A stretch of DNA of 64,000 nt from Naegleria gruberi (Eukaryota). The translations under genes and the position numbers were made by a program. Below are positions 10,824 to 20,529 of the stretch, piece by piece; positions within the stretch are counted from its first letter, which is position 1; every line of letters starts with the position of its first letter. The notes beneath the pieces are model-generated. The model ran no database searches and was not told where the DNA came from. It saw only the letters and a list, made by a program, of their open reading frames with translations. The stretch is taken from the NCBI GenBank assembly GCA_000004985.1, contig GG738930.1. One strand, written 5' to 3'.

Positions 10824-11713
10824 TTTTTCTTACGATTTTCCTGTTCAAAATTGTGGATCAAATCTTCTGAAATGTTCTCAAGTGGTTCCCAAGTATTATC
10901 AGAGTCAGGATAACCAGCCCACTTAACAAGGTATTCAACCTTTTTCCTTCTTGTTCTCTTACCCACTAATTTTTCTACTCTGTATTGTCCATCGTCCAGC
11001 TCGTCATCACTTTCTAAAGTTGGTGGTTCAATAACTTGTGCTGTTTTTGGTTTTCTGATTGGTGTTCTCTTTGGTGTTTCTGTTTTGGCCTTTTTGGAAG
11101 AAGAAGCTCCACCTCTCTTGATGGATTTACGTTTCTTTGGAACTTCTTCCTCTGATATTGGAGTTGTTACTTCTGTTTCGAGTCGTTTCTTACTAGGGGT
11201 TGAAGGAGGAGGTAAAATTGAAGTTGATGGTCCTGGTTGTTCACCCAGAACTTCCTTGATAAGTGAAGACTGTGCTTCGTGAACACCTGTCACTTCTGAA
11301 AAGTAATTGAATATATTTGCTAATCCAATTGGCAGATCAACACCTCTATCATCCTGATTTAAATAATCCAAAATCAACAATTGATTATAATATTGAAAAT
11401 GTTGGTCTCTGGTAAAACTGGAACCAATTTTTCTCTTTTCGATATCTAAATAATATTTAGCACAAGTTAATAGTTTTGTCTGACTATTAATCAAAGCTCC
11501 CAACATTGGAGTATCCGATCCACTTGTTGTTGTTGTTCCATTACTACTTGAAGTTCCAGCTTTTCTTCTACTAGTTGCAGTTACTGTTGTTGTTGTTGAA
11601 GATTTTGATGAAGAAGATTTACTAGCAGGAAGCTTAACTTCAGGTTCCTCGTCTTCACTACTACTACTGAGTGTGTAAGTTGCCGAAGCTTCTTTCGATC
11701 GTTTTGTAGCCAT
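10820..11713 (-). CDS. chromodomain protein (HP1-like chromo domain at the C-terminus)
   Basis: The C-terminal [38 protein letters not shown] matches the chromodomain consensus (E.iL..R...G.veYLvKWkGy...nTWEP.eNl). Starts at an ATG. The N-terminus is Ser/Thr/Lys-rich. Confidence 0.65.
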   Translation of the reverse strand: MATKRSKEASATYTLSSSSEDEEPEVKLPASKSSSSKSSTTTTVTATSRRKAGTSSSNGTTTTSGSDTPMLGALINSQTKLLTCAKYYLDIEKRKIGSSFTRDQHFQYYNQLLILDYLNQDDRGVDLPIGLANIFNYFSEVTGVHEAQSSLIKEVLGEQPGPSTSILPPPSTPSKKRLETEVTTPISEEEVPKKRKSIKRGGASSSKKAKTETPKRTPIRKPKTAQVIEPPTLESDDELDDGQYRVEKLVGKRTRRKKVEYLVKWAGYPDSDNTWEPLENISEDLIHNFEQENRKKK

Positions 11714-11818
11714 TTTTTATTGTTAATAATTTAAAAAACGATTTTTGTTTTGGCGCCAAAACATAAAATAATATTTAATATTATATTGAAATGAATTAAA
11801 GAAATGTTATGAAAATTG

Positions 11819-14301
11819 TTATTCCAAAATGTTGAGAGTTGGTGTTTGAGCTTGTTGTTCACATAATCGAAGTAAATGTTGGGTTGGAAGGTCATTTGGG
11901 TTGACTTGTTGATATTCTCGAAATAGAGGAATGGCTTCTTCAAATTTACCTTCAAACAGAAGAGAGCAACCTTGGTTGTAAACTCCCCATTTTAAATATC
12001 TTTCCTTCTTATTGAAATGTGAATGTAAATCTTTGGTCGAGTTAAGTAAATGAGTAGAGATTGGAAACTTACCATCATCAGTTTCTTGTTTCATTTCAAT
12101 TGAATCTCCCAATTCATATAATAAACAATCTTTTGTCAATGAATTTGACATAGAAACACTTCCAATTTCCCAATTTTCTTGGTTGAAATCATCTAGAGAG
12201 GAAAAGAAATAATCCTCCCTTAATTCTCTTCTATCCAGGAATCTAGTCTCACACCTAGTGTGGCAATATTGCTTGATGTGCTGTGTGATAATGATTGGAA
12301 CTTTGAGTTTCTTGCCAAATCTTATTATTTGATCCAAATTATGTCTCGTGCTTGAAAAAATTGTAAAGTGCTTAATGTCTTTAGTTCCAATATTTCCACA
12401 AAATGTTTTTTGAGCACAAATAGCAAATCTGAAATTAATCAATTCACAAATTTCCTCCCTCAATAGTCCACTTTCTCTCCACTTGTTTTCTTTCACGTTG
12501 GTTAACTTTTCTTGTAAAAGTTGAGCGCTGGCAACTGCTTTTTCTTCGTGATTGTTCTGGTTAATAGTAGTATTATAAGCAATAGTTAAAATATCATTCT
12601 CAAAGTTGACCAAATGGCCAGATGTAGTCCTAATCACTGTGTCCACTTGGCTAAATAAATCTCCCAACAATGAAACTAGATGAGTTGGGTTTCCTTCTAA
12701 GGATAACAACCATTCATTCAATCCTTCAATGTACATTTGATTGATACTAATCTTTCTTGGTTCCAAATAGAGAGAAAATTTGCATTTCAATTTAGATGAT
12801 TTTTTCTTACTGTCCAAAATATTAGATAATTTTGAAGCTTTCCCTCCTTCAAGTGAATTATCTTCAATGCTTGAAAATGGTTGACTTTTTTCCAATTCAA
12901 CAGAATCTGAAGTCATTGTTCTAGGTGAAAAGGAATCCAACGAAAGTCTAGTTGCAGTTTCTTGTTCTCCATTTNNNNNNNNNNNNNNNNNNNNNNNNNN
13001 NNNNNNNNNNNNNNNNNNNNNNNNNNNNNNNNNNNNNNNNNNNNNNNNNNNNNNNNNNNNNNNNNNNNNNNNNNNNNNNNNNNNNNNNNNNNNNNNNNNN
13101 NNNNNNNNNNNNNNNNNNNNNNNNNNNNNNNNNNNNNNNNNNNNNNNNNNNNNNNNNNNNNNNNNNNNNNNNNNNNNNNNNNNNNNNNNNNNNNNNNNNN
13201 NNNNNNNNNNNNNNNNNNNNNNNNNNNNNNNNNNNNNNNNNNNNNNNNNNNNNNNNNNNNNNNNNNNNNNNNNNNNNNNNNNNNNNNNNNNNNNNNNNNN
13301 NNNNNNNNNNNNNNNNNNNNNNNNNNNNNNNNNNNNNNNNNNNNNNNNNNNNNNNNNNNNNNNNNNNNNNNNNNNNNNNNNNNNNNNNNNNNNNNNNNNN
13401 NNNNNNNNNNNNNNNNNNNNNNNNNNNNNNNNNNNNNNNNNNNNNNNNNNNNNNNNNNNNNNNNNNNNNNNNNNNNNNNNNNNNNNNNNNNNNNNNNNNN
13501 NNNNNNNNNNNNNNNNNNNNNNNNNNNNNNNNNNNNNNNNNNNNNNNNNNNNNNNNNNNNNNNNNNNNNNNNNNNNNNNNNNNNNNNNNNNNNNNNNNNN
13601 NNNNNNNNNNNNNNNNNNNNNNNNNNNNNNNNNNNNNNNNNNNNNNNNNNNNNNNNNNNNNNNNNNNNNNNNNNNNNNNNNNNNNNNNNNNNNNNNNNNN
13701 NNNNNNNNNNNNNNNNNNNNNNNNNNNNNNNNNNNNNNNNNNNNNNNNNNNNNNNNNNNNNNNNNNNNNNNNNNNNNNNNNNNNNNNNNNNNNNNNNNNN
13801 NNNNNNNNNNNNNNNNNNNNNNNNNNNNNNNNNNNNNNNNNNNNNNNNNNNNNNNNNNNNNNNNNNNNNNNNNNNNNNNNNNNNNNNNNNNNNNNNNNNN
13901 NNNNNNNNNNNNNNNNNNNNNNNNNNNNNNNNNNNNNNNNNNNNNNNNNNNNNNNNNNNNNNNNNNNNNNNNNNNNNNNNNNNNNNNNNNNNNNNNNNNN
14001 NNNNNNNNNNNNNNNNNNNNNNNNNNNNNNNNNNNNNNNNNNNNNNNNNNNNNATAACAAACACACTCATTAATGTCAAACTCGAAATTACTATAAGCAT
14101 ACAATTTCTTATAGAAATTTGGCAATTGCTCGCCGATAAGAAGAAGACGGAAGAGTTTGTATCCGAATTATTGTATTTTCTATTCCAATCATTGTCTTCA
14201 TAACTAAATCTCCCATTAGAATAAATATCATGTTGAGGTAAATCAAAGGCAAGAGGTAAAACCTTACGAGAGGACGTTGATGATCGCCTTGTGAGTGGCA
14301 T
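11819..14301 (-). CDS. membrane protein with a cyclase-homology domain and a C-terminal TPR-like region; spans gap 12975-14053
   Basis: ATG at 14301. The N-terminal ORF runs into the gap with a hydrophobic stretch. The post-gap ORF contains FRFAICAQKTFCGNIGTKDIKHFTIFSSTRHNLDQIIRFGKKLKVPIIITQ. This aligns to the C-terminal half of class III cyclase catalytic domains (l.lRiGihsG.v..G.iG.....y.v.G..VN.AsR...........i.vs). A KWGVYNQGCSLLFEGKFEEAI helical-repeat tail follows. Frame continuity across the gap is unknowable. Confidence 0.5.
12975..14053. other. assembly gap (N run)
   Basis: 1079 n. Confidence 1.
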
Positions 14302-14545
14302 ATTATTACTAAATTAAATTTCCCTTACTTTTACCTCTTCTACCAGTAGTCCGAGATTAATTTCCTTTGATGACCAAGAGAAAAAATATTGCTAAATTTC
14401 AAAGCAGAAAAGCGCGAGGTTGTGTTGCACCTTTTTTTTTGAGGTTGTTTTAGGTGCATATCTCGCCTTAATAAGGAAGAGCGAGAGGAACAAGAGTATG
14501 AGGAGATTTTAGAAATGACATTTAGATATAGATTGTTTATGTAAA

Positions 14546-17500
14546 TTAAGCTTCTGTTTTTGAGGGAGAGATTGTTGGTGAAGGGTTGAGATTGTTGGTT
14601 GTTTCTGGTAAATTTTGTTGGGTGTTGGATGTTTGATTGAGTTTGAGAACAGTCAATTCGTCAACTGAACTTGATTCTAATAGATTTGTTGGAGATTGGG
14701 AGTCTATCTTGAGTTCTTGAATTTCTTGAACTGTTGGCAATGGGTTTGCATGATGTTTGTCCTTTAACAGGTATGTTTTCATTTCACCCTTTCCTTTGAC
14801 ATAGATTGATTCTCTTTCTTCAAATTCATATCCCAAATCGAATACTCTTTCATAGGTTGCTCTTGAAATTTGAATTCTTCCTGGAACACCTGTTGATTCC
14901 ATTCGAGAGGCTGTGTTGATTGTATCACCCCACAAATCGTAAGCAAACTTTTTAGTTCCAATAACACCTCCAACACATGGTCCTGTGTGCATTCCAATTC
15001 TCAAATTCACTTCCTTTCCAAATTTAATATTGAAATCTCTCAAGAATGAATAAACTGAGATTGCAAACTTTAACATTCTCTCAGGGTGGTCAGATGATTT
15101 TGAAGAGTGAGTTCCTGAAACTGCAAAGTAAGCATCTCCAATAGTTTTGATCTTGTCAATCAAATATTTCTCAGTCAACTTGTCAAATTCATTCACAATT
15201 GTGTTCAACATCATCACCAATTGATCTGCTTCCATTCCTGAAGACATTTTGGTGAAACCAACCATATCAGAAAAGAAAATCGTAACATCTGGGAACTTTT
15301 CTGCGATATAGGTTTCTCCTTGTTTCAATCTATTAGCAACTGGCAATGGCAAAATATTCAACAATAACTCTTCACTTTTCTTCTTTTCCTCACCTAGCAA
15401 CAATGAATGTTTCTTCAATTGAGTAACATCCTTCACAAAACAGGACAAGATTGGTTTACCAAGGTACTGACTGATAGAAATCGACACAAATGCAGGGAAA
15501 GTGGTCTTGTTCTTTCTCAATCCTGTCACTTCGAATGAATCTGCTGAAACACCTGTTTCCTCATTGCAAACTTTCATGGAATCAATAAGAACTGTAATCT
15601 TTTCCACATTCAATTCTGTAAATAGAGTTTCTAATCGAATTCCCAAAATCTCTTCCTTCTTATAACCAAACATATCTTCACTGGAAGGATTGAACATTAC
15701 AACCTCTCCCTTTGGATTACAGATAATGCTTCCATCTACACCACTATTCAAAATTGATCTTGTCATGTCCATATTTTCATCATCCACTTCAAGTCCAGAC
15801 ATGACTGCATTTCTTCTCTTTATCAATTTCTTCAATTTTTGAGCTGAGGATGGAACTCTATAGTTTAAAATATAGTCAATCATATCTGGTATCATGTCAA
15901 CAACATCTTTAGGAATATAATTCAACATTATTCTTAATGATTGAATTTCTCTAAAGAGATCCATCATCGCTAGATAGGAAAGCCAACCAAACACAAGAAC
16001 TGCTAATGAGCCCAGAATGGTTGAAATGATTGCCAAGTAATCTTCTGATTGTTTTGTATTCTGTACATATGTGCTTGTGAAATCGTAAATAAGCTGAACT
16101 GCAACCAGAGCTGGATAGTACAGATATGTAAAGTACTGATCAGTTTCGTATGATTTTGTGTAAAACCTTGCTTTTAAATCCTCATTAATCTCTGCTGCTA
16201 GATCTTGAAAAGAGTGAATCAACTTTTCTAAACCATAACATGAAACTCTTGTCTTCACCAAACTGTCTGGGAGAATATCCAAAGCCGGACCACTTGTGTA
16301 ATTAACCATTGAAGTATTTGAATCACACTTATAGGCAAGTAATTTGTCAATATCAGAATATTTTCCAAAAAGAGAATTGGAATAGCCCAACTCTGGAGCT
16401 CCTCTTACAGCATAAGACCAGGACATTGTAATATTCATTAATTGCTTTTGATTCCGCAAGTGTAACTCATCGGGAGTGTAATCTGACATATTTGATGCAA
16501 TAATCATCTCGGCCAACTTGAAATTCACAGAAGTTACTGAACTAAGAACGTAGTTTACAGAAGCAGCAGTTTTCATTGTAATAAACTGATTCTGTTTGTT
16601 GAGTTGGAATTCGTATATCTGAATAGGACTCACCAATGCTACTACAAAAAATGTGATTGCAGTGTATATGATAATCTTATTCTTTGGACTTAGTACAGTT
16701 TCTCCGTAATCTCCAGTTTTAGTAGATGTCAAAGTGTGATATAGCTTACCAACCTCATCCTTTTGAATCTTTCTAAAGATATGAAAAATGACCTGTCTTA
16801 TTTGAACAAAGTATTGACTCAACATGGATATATAGAACCCAACCAATACAAAATAGCATCCCAATAGAATTCCTGAACTCCATAAAAACACTTGTGAGAG
16901 GGTATCTGCTCTTTCCATGGAAAATGTCAAAAAGTATTGGCAAAACCCATCAAATGCATCGGTCATCGTCTCTCTATTGTACAGGAAGAACAAGACTGGG
17001 AAGTTTGTGGCAGTGTTATTCAATTGAACAGGATAAGAAAACTGACTGATAACTGTTGGAGCTTGAGCTGCAAACATTGCAATGAAATCCAACACTGACA
17101 CATTCATGGTTGTGTAAACCTGAGAGGATTCTCCAACTACCTGCTTGTTTGGAATTTTGTAAGTCCACTTTTGAGAGATGAAGTCATCTGTAATAGATGG
17201 AAAGAATGACTCTGTGGATGCACTCATCACATTCTTAACTAAATTTAAAACATAGTTCGCTTGCAGTGTTGCCAAATGCTGAACTGGTCCAGCAGTGGTT
17301 TCGTTCAAGTACCTGTATCTTGCTTGCAATGTTCTAACATGATTTGCCATAATGCTTGGAGCACCAGCTATTGAGCAAATCTTTTCCTCTAGTGCTGTTC
17401 TACTCGTAAACTCTGATGAAACAATCAAACTAAGAATCAACATGAATAGAATAATGAGAATGGAAATTACAATAAATGGAAGAAAAAGCATAAAGAATGA

Positions 17501-18076
17501 TTTCCTGCGCTCTGGCATGTTGATAGAATTTCTGTAGAATGCTTCCTCCCTCATAGTTTCTTCCATTCTTGCACTGATTGAATCCCAATTATCCACAACT
17601 TCATCGAATGAAACAGCATTCTTCATGGCAGCATTGGACTTACTGTGCTTCATTAATTGAGATGTAGAAGTAGCATAGGGAAGAACTCTATTTTCTGGTT
17701 GTTTTTTCTTAGTTGACTTTGCTTTCTCTTCCTCAATTTGGTTGGCTTCTTCATAAAGTTCTGCAGCCATTTCCAGTTCAAATTTGAAAGTTTCTAAGAA
17801 GTGAGCATATGCTCTCATTAAAGTCTTGTTATTCATATTGGAACTCATACTATTCTTGTATGCATTTTCACAATAATGTGTAAGATTGTGAGCTTGTCTG
17901 TTGATGTCCTCTAATTTTGTCTCTGAAGGATTTTCGCTTGAAAGCTCTTTAAAGAAATCCTGATGTAGATTAATGATCTTTGCTTGTCTCTTCTCAAGTT
18001 TTTCCAATATTTTTTGAAGTTCAAAACTCAAGGCATCACCATCTTGTGATTGCACTTCAATTTCCTTACTTCTCAA
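14546..18076 (-). CDS. membrane-anchored PAS-domain adenylate/guanylate cyclase (class III catalytic domain); the true 5' end lies in gap 18117-19306
   Basis: The canonical catalytic motifs are present: VTIFFSDMVGFT, KTIGDAYFAVSG, RIGMHTGPCVGGVIG and WGDTINTASRMES. A PAS-like segment (ICNPKGEVVMFNPSSEDMFGYKKEEILG) precedes the catalytic domain and a hydrophobic multi-TM block lies upstream. The track's first codon at 18076 is TTG. Hand translation upstream (..RHSPSFVQLFHFYLRSKEIEV) stays open to the gap edge and matches the paralogue's N-terminus, so the real ATG is inside the gap. Confidence 0.8.
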   Translation of the reverse strand: MRSKEIEVQSQDGDALSFELQKILEKLEKRQAKIINLHQDFFKELSSENPSETKLEDINRQAHNLTHYCENAYKNSMSSNMNNKTLMRAYAHFLETFKFELEMAAELYEEANQIEEEKAKSTKKKQPENRVLPYATSTSQLMKHSKSNAAMKNAVSFDEVVDNWDSISARMEETMREEAFYRNSINMPERRKSFFMLFLPFIVISILIILFMLILSLIVSSEFTSRTALEEKICSIAGAPSIMANHVRTLQARYRYLNETTAGPVQHLATLQANYVLNLVKNVMSASTESFFPSITDDFISQKWTYKIPNKQVVGESSQVYTTMNVSVLDFIAMFAAQAPTVISQFSYPVQLNNTATNFPVLFFLYNRETMTDAFDGFCQYFLTFSMERADTLSQVFLWSSGILLGCYFVLVGFYISMLSQYFVQIRQVIFHIFRKIQKDEVGKLYHTLTSTKTGDYGETVLSPKNKIIIYTAITFFVVALVSPIQIYEFQLNKQNQFITMKTAASVNYVLSSVTSVNFKLAEMIIASNMSDYTPDELHLRNQKQLMNITMSWSYAVRGAPELGYSNSLFGKYSDIDKLLAYKCDSNTSMVNYTSGPALDILPDSLVKTRVSCYGLEKLIHSFQDLAAEINEDLKARFYTKSYETDQYFTYLYYPALVAVQLIYDFTSTYVQNTKQSEDYLAIISTILGSLAVLVFGWLSYLAMMDLFREIQSLRIMLNYIPKDVVDMIPDMIDYILNYRVPSSAQKLKKLIKRRNAVMSGLEVDDENMDMTRSILNSGVDGSIICNPKGEVVMFNPSSEDMFGYKKEEILGIRLETLFTELNVEKITVLIDSMKVCNEETGVSADSFEVTGLRKNKTTFPAFVSISISQYLGKPILSCFVKDVTQLKKHSLLLGEEKKKSEELLLNILPLPVANRLKQGETYIAEKFPDVTIFFSDMVGFTKMSSGMEADQLVMMLNTIVNEFDKLTEKYLIDKIKTIGDAYFAVSGTHSSKSSDHPERMLKFAISVYSFLRDFNIKFGKEVNLRIGMHTGPCVGGVIGTKKFAYDLWGDTINTASRMESTGVPGRIQISRATYERVFDLGYEFEERESIYVKGKGEMKTYLLKDKHHANPLPTVQEIQELKIDSQSPTNLLESSSVDELTVLKLNQTSNTQQNLPETTNNLNPSPTISPSKTEA

Positions 18077-20529
18077 ATAGAAATGGAATAGTTGGACGAA
18101 ACTTGGACTATGTCTCNNNNNNNNNNNNNNNNNNNNNNNNNNNNNNNNNNNNNNNNNNNNNNNNNNNNNNNNNNNNNNNNNNNNNNNNNNNNNNNNNNNN
18201 NNNNNNNNNNNNNNNNNNNNNNNNNNNNNNNNNNNNNNNNNNNNNNNNNNNNNNNNNNNNNNNNNNNNNNNNNNNNNNNNNNNNNNNNNNNNNNNNNNNN
18301 NNNNNNNNNNNNNNNNNNNNNNNNNNNNNNNNNNNNNNNNNNNNNNNNNNNNNNNNNNNNNNNNNNNNNNNNNNNNNNNNNNNNNNNNNNNNNNNNNNNN
18401 NNNNNNNNNNNNNNNNNNNNNNNNNNNNNNNNNNNNNNNNNNNNNNNNNNNNNNNNNNNNNNNNNNNNNNNNNNNNNNNNNNNNNNNNNNNNNNNNNNNN
18501 NNNNNNNNNNNNNNNNNNNNNNNNNNNNNNNNNNNNNNNNNNNNNNNNNNNNNNNNNNNNNNNNNNNNNNNNNNNNNNNNNNNNNNNNNNNNNNNNNNNN
18601 NNNNNNNNNNNNNNNNNNNNNNNNNNNNNNNNNNNNNNNNNNNNNNNNNNNNNNNNNNNNNNNNNNNNNNNNNNNNNNNNNNNNNNNNNNNNNNNNNNNN
18701 NNNNNNNNNNNNNNNNNNNNNNNNNNNNNNNNNNNNNNNNNNNNNNNNNNNNNNNNNNNNNNNNNNNNNNNNNNNNNNNNNNNNNNNNNNNNNNNNNNNN
18801 NNNNNNNNNNNNNNNNNNNNNNNNNNNNNNNNNNNNNNNNNNNNNNNNNNNNNNNNNNNNNNNNNNNNNNNNNNNNNNNNNNNNNNNNNNNNNNNNNNNN
18901 NNNNNNNNNNNNNNNNNNNNNNNNNNNNNNNNNNNNNNNNNNNNNNNNNNNNNNNNNNNNNNNNNNNNNNNNNNNNNNNNNNNNNNNNNNNNNNNNNNNN
19001 NNNNNNNNNNNNNNNNNNNNNNNNNNNNNNNNNNNNNNNNNNNNNNNNNNNNNNNNNNNNNNNNNNNNNNNNNNNNNNNNNNNNNNNNNNNNNNNNNNNN
19101 NNNNNNNNNNNNNNNNNNNNNNNNNNNNNNNNNNNNNNNNNNNNNNNNNNNNNNNNNNNNNNNNNNNNNNNNNNNNNNNNNNNNNNNNNNNNNNNNNNNN
19201 NNNNNNNNNNNNNNNNNNNNNNNNNNNNNNNNNNNNNNNNNNNNNNNNNNNNNNNNNNNNNNNNNNNNNNNNNNNNNNNNNNNNNNNNNNNNNNNNNNNN
19301 NNNNNNCAGTCAGCTCTCTCCATAGAAGTATCCAAAAATGATCTACAAAACCAATCAAAAGCCTCAGACATTGTCTCTCTATTGTAGAGGAAGAAAAGAA
19401 CTGGAAAATTTGTTGAAGTGTCGTTCAGTTGGGCAGGAGAGCTCAATTGAGAAATTGCTCTACCAGCATGATTTTCAAACATGTTTAAAAATTCCAAAAC
19501 AGATACATTCATGGTAGAATAGAGTTGTGTAGATTCTCCTACAACTTGTTTGTTTGGAACCTTGTACAAAAACTTTTGGGCAATAAAATCTTCAGTAACA
19601 GCTGGGAAGAATGATGAGGAAGATGCACTCAATACATTATTAATCAATGTTGTAACATAGCTGGTCTGAACAGTAGCTAAGGCATGAGCGGTACTTGCTG
19701 AAGATTCATTCAAATATCTATACCTAGCTTGAATAGAACGAATGTGATTGGCCATAATGCTTGGAGCACCAGCTATTGAGCAAATCTTTTCTTCTAACAC
19801 TGTTCTACTGGTAAATTCTGACGAAAAGACCAGAGACATTGTTAATAAAATTAATAAAACAAGGAATGAAACAATCACAAACGGTAAAAATGTGAAATAA
19901 TAGGATTTTCTGTGTTCTGGAGTGTTGATTGAATTTCTATAGAAGGCTTCTTGTTTCATTGATTCTTCCATTCTTGCACTGATCGAATCCCAGTTATCTA
20001 CAACTTCATCGAATGATACTCCATGTTTCAGAGTGTCTGATTTCCTTCTTTTCATAAGTGATGACTCTTCTGAGGCACTGGTATAAGGAACTACTCTATT
20101 ACTTTTTGAATGAGACTGCTTGTTGGTTTTGGATTTCTCTTCCTCAATTTGATTAGCCTCCTCATATAATTCATTGGCCACTTCAATCTCAAATCTAAAT
20201 ATCTCCAAAAAGTATGCGTAAGCTCTCAACAGGGTCTTGTTGTTCATATTGGTATACATGCAATTCTTGTATGCATTTTCACAAAATATTATCAAATTAT
20301 TGGATTTTCTGTTAATCTTTTCAAGTTTGTCCTCAGAAGGATTTTCACTGGAAAGCTCTTTGAAAAATTCCTGGTGCAATGCCAGTATCTGAGATTGTTT
20401 CTTATCGAGTCTCTCTAATAATTTTTTAACTTCATAACTAACATTAGCATAATTCTCAGAGTTGGCTTCAATCTCTTTGCATCTCAAAAAGTAATGGAAA
20501 ACTTGAACGAAATTTGGGTTTTGTTTCAA
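18073..20529 (-). CDS. PAS-cyclase paralogue, N-terminal part (C-terminal catalytic part lost in gap 18117-19306)
   Basis: About 70% identical to the gene at 14546..18076 over the N-terminal coiled region, the TM block and the FPVLFFLYNRETM segment. The first codon reported at 20529 is TTG, and an in-frame TGA lies 6 codons upstream. The conserved N-terminal block therefore has no in-frame ATG. The annotated 3' end at 18073 is a TGA that actually lies inside the downstream paralogue's 5' coding extension, in a different frame. Confidence 0.6.
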   Translation of the reverse strand: MKQNPNFVQVFHYFLRCKEIEANSENYANVSYEVKKLLERLDKKQSQILALHQEFFKELSSENPSEDKLEKINRKSNNLIIFCENAYKNCMYTNMNNKTLLRAYAYFLEIFRFEIEVANELYEEANQIEEEKSKTNKQSHSKSNRVVPYTSASEESSLMKRRKSDTLKHGVSFDEVVDNWDSISARMEESMKQEAFYRNSINTPEHRKSYYFTFLPFVIVSFLVLLILLTMSLVFSSEFTSRTVLEEKICSIAGAPSIMANHIRSIQARYRYLNESSASTAHALATVQTSYVTTLINNVLSASSSSFFPAVTEDFIAQKFLYKVPNKQVVGESTQLYSTMNVSVLEFLNMFENHAGRAISQLSSPAQLNDTSTNFPVLFFLYNRETMSEAFDWFCRSFLDTSMERADXXXXXXXXXXXXXXXXXXXXXXXXXXXXXXXXXXXXXXXXXXXXXXXXXXXXXXXXXXXXXXXXXXXXXXXXXXXXXXXXXXXXXXXXXXXXXXXXXXXXXXXXXXXXXXXXXXXXXXXXXXXXXXXXXXXXXXXXXXXXXXXXXXXXXXXXXXXXXXXXXXXXXXXXXXXXXXXXXXXXXXXXXXXXXXXXXXXXXXXXXXXXXXXXXXXXXXXXXXXXXXXXXXXXXXXXXXXXXXXXXXXXXXXXXXXXXXXXXXXXXXXXXXXXXXXXXXXXXXXXXXXXXXXXXXXXXXXXXXXXXXXXXXXXXXXXXXXXXXXXXXXXXXXXXXXXXXXXXXXXXXXXXXXXXXXXXXXXXXXXXXXXXXXXXXXXXXXXXXXXXXXXXXXXXXXXXXXXXXDIVQVSSNYSISI
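18117..19306. other. assembly gap (N run)
   Basis: 1190 n. Confidence 1.
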
